A stretch of 32,351 nt of DNA from Chrysochromulina tobinii (Eukaryota): assembly GCA_001275005.1 (NCBI GenBank), contig JWZX01003326.1:1-32351 (forward strand), written 5' to 3'. The notes beneath the pieces were generated by a model. That model saw only the letters and a list, made by a program, of their open reading frames with translations. It was not told the DNA's origin and did no database searches. How positions within the stretch are numbered: the first letter of the stretch is position 1; every line of letters starts with the position of its first letter. Position numbers and translations under genes: made by a program. Positions 30,686 through 32,351 of this stretch are shown piece after piece.

Positions 30686-30740
30686 GCGTTCACAGCGCCC
30701 GGACGCGCGTGCTCACAGCGCCGGCGTGAGCGTTCACAGC
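30653..30740 (+). repeat. 44-nt tandem duplication spanning the stop codon
   Basis: 30653-30696 and 30697-30740 differ at one base, and each contains GCGTGA. Confidence 0.85.
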
Positions 30741-31164
30741 GAACAGGTGTCCTGGGCAGCGTGATGATCGCAGTGAGACGACGGCAGAGGGAGATTAAGG
30801 GAGATGCGATTTTTCATCATGTGCGACGATCTGACGTGAGCCGCTCTGCCGTTTGTGTCCCGACCAGCTTGATTGACCGGACGCGACGCTGAAGGTCAAG
30901 TCTCATCTTGTGTCACCCATTTCGTATTTCGCAATCTACGAAACGTTTCACACCCCGACAGTTACTCCTCTCTCCGTCCGCTCTCCGGACTCGACGCTCT
31001 CCGCTCCCGCGGTCCCCAGCGCTATGTTGCCCCAGCGCGCGCAAACGGTGGTCGGTGCTGTTCGTACATGTGGTGCGTGCTCCTCGCCGTGGTTCACCAA
31101 CGAGCGGCCGCGAGCGGGTTATCAGTGCTCTCTCACGTCGACACCATGTGCCACTCTCCATTCA

Positions 31165-31941
31165 TCAACGACGACGGCCACCCACGCGGCCGCCGACGCG
31201 GCCGCCGATACGGCGCCCACGCCCGTCACCCGAACTGCCGTCTGCGCGGCGACCGCCGTGGCCGGTGTACGGGGAGCCGCCATAGCCACGCAGCTTATCG
31301 TGGCCATAGCCATAGCCGTGGCCATAACCATAGCCGTGGCCATGGCGCGGGAAGCCGTACATCATCCACATGGCCGCATTCATCCAGCTGTGGAGGCGGC
31401 GTTGCTGCATGTAGCGTTCCAGCTCGGTCTGTCCATGGGACGTGGCCGTCGTGTTGACTCTGGTGGCAGCCGCCGCCGATGGCACGCTTACAAAAGGCAT
31501 CGGCGCGACGAGCACATTCTCACCGACGCGCAGCTTGAGCATCCTCATGTCCGCAACCGTCAGCCGCACGCCCGCGTCCAGCTTTGGGTCGGCCACCGCC
31601 TCACCGATGGCCTGGTCGGGCTCCGAAGACCACAGTGCCGCCGGCTTCATTTTGCGCACGCGCACGCGGCTGCCGGGCTGCAGGCCGAGTCGTTCGAACT
31701 CTGAGGACGGCAGCGTGATGAGTGTGCCGCCCTCGGTCGGGTTGACGACCTTGAGCTGCAGCACCTCCGTGCGAGCGCTTTTTCCATCGAGGCGGGGTTC
31801 GGCGGCGAGCATCGAGGGACCGGGCATTGTAGCGACGTTGCCACCTCGCATGCGCAGCAGCTGCGACTGGCCAATCCGTGATGGGGCCGCGCCGGCGGCG
31901 ACTGCCGAGGCAAGGCACGCGACCAGCAGGCTCACCCGCAT
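31165..31941 (-). CDS. Signal-peptide protein with a stand-alone CDC48/p97 N-terminal-like (double-psi beta-barrel) domain and a Gly/His/Tyr/Arg-rich tail, 258 aa
   Basis: Hydrophobic leader MRVSLLVACLASAVAAGA, then LLRMRGG. The stretch LKVV...ITLPSSEFERLGLQPGSRVRV...VRLTVADMRMLKLRVGENVLVAP follows the two-fold pattern of the CDC48_N domain. No Walker motifs. Confidence 0.7.
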   Translation of the reverse strand: MRVSLLVACLASAVAAGAAPSRIGQSQLLRMRGGNVATMPGPSMLAAEPRLDGKSARTEVLQLKVVNPTEGGTLITLPSSEFERLGLQPGSRVRVRKMKPAALWSSEPDQAIGEAVADPKLDAGVRLTVADMRMLKLRVGENVLVAPMPFVSVPSAAAATRVNTTATSHGQTELERYMQQRRLHSWMNAAMWMMYGFPRHGHGYGYGHGYGYGHDKLRGYGGSPYTGHGGRRADGSSGDGRGRRIGGRVGGRVGGRRR

Positions 31942-32021
31942 CGCGTTAGACTCGGCGGTCGGTTGCCGGCTGTGGCCGCCGTGTTTTGAGGATCACAGTT
32001 TCCTTTCCGAGAAAGTGTCGT

Positions 32022-32064
32022 GTCAAGTCAAGAAAAGTCAAGTCAAGTCAAGTCAAGTCAAGTC
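32022..32064. repeat. (AAGTC)n pentanucleotide array
   Basis: GTCAAGTCAAGAAAAGTCAAGTCAAGTCAAGTCAAGTCAAGTC, ~80 nt upstream of the ATG at 31941. Confidence 0.85.
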
Positions 32065-32351
32065 GAAGTGCGTTCCCCATTCGTGACACGAAAACCCCGT
32101 CTTCACGTTCACGTTAAATGTTTAGAGTGCTACCGCCGGCTTCCCCACCCCCGTTTGTCGTTTCTCGTTTCGGTGGTGAGGTTGTCTTACTTTAGTCACT
32201 TTAGTTCTCTAGTCTCAGTCATGTACAGGACATGTACATGTACGGAAACATACACTGTCTCCGCTTACCATGTGACGATGGTCCGGTCCACCTGCCGTGC
32301 TCGGCCCGGGGCCGGGCGGAACTCCGAGCCGGGGCTGCAGTCGTTGCAATC

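Noticed and set aside
30873..31704. Plus-strand ORFs of 194 and 264 aa
   Set aside because: They overlap the better-supported minus-strand signal-peptide gene, have non-ATG starts and show no motifs.

Overview
GC-rich eukaryotic genomic DNA with spliceosomal introns; the codon usage, short introns and TGATTGCC/TCAAG-type repeats suggest a haptophyte alga such as Chrysochromulina (inference, not verified). Five protein-coding genes can be reconstructed. (1) An SLC35C2/TPT-family transporter (-). (2) A ~3,450-aa armadillo-repeat protein broken by two +1 frameshifts (+). (3) A five-exon ~1,775-aa gene (-) whose N-terminus resembles the meiotic axis protein SYCP2/Red1 (ARM-like + PH-like domain + candidate closure motif), followed by a SAP domain, two UIMs and a WRKY/GCM1-like zinc finger. 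(4) A seven-exon ~3,200-aa ARM/IQ/Ala-rich coiled-coil protein (+). (5) A signal-peptide protein carrying an isolated CDC48 N-terminal-like barrel (-). The most striking signal is in gene 4: five neighbouring introns fall into two sequence types, and each is bounded by an 11-28-nt duplicate of the adjacent exon that supplies one splice site. This looks like a recently active intron-generating (introner-like) system with long, variable target duplications and, in one type, 10-nt TGA-repeat bodies. No RNA genes or CRISPR arrays were seen. Homology calls come from motif recognition and recalled family sequences, not from database searches.
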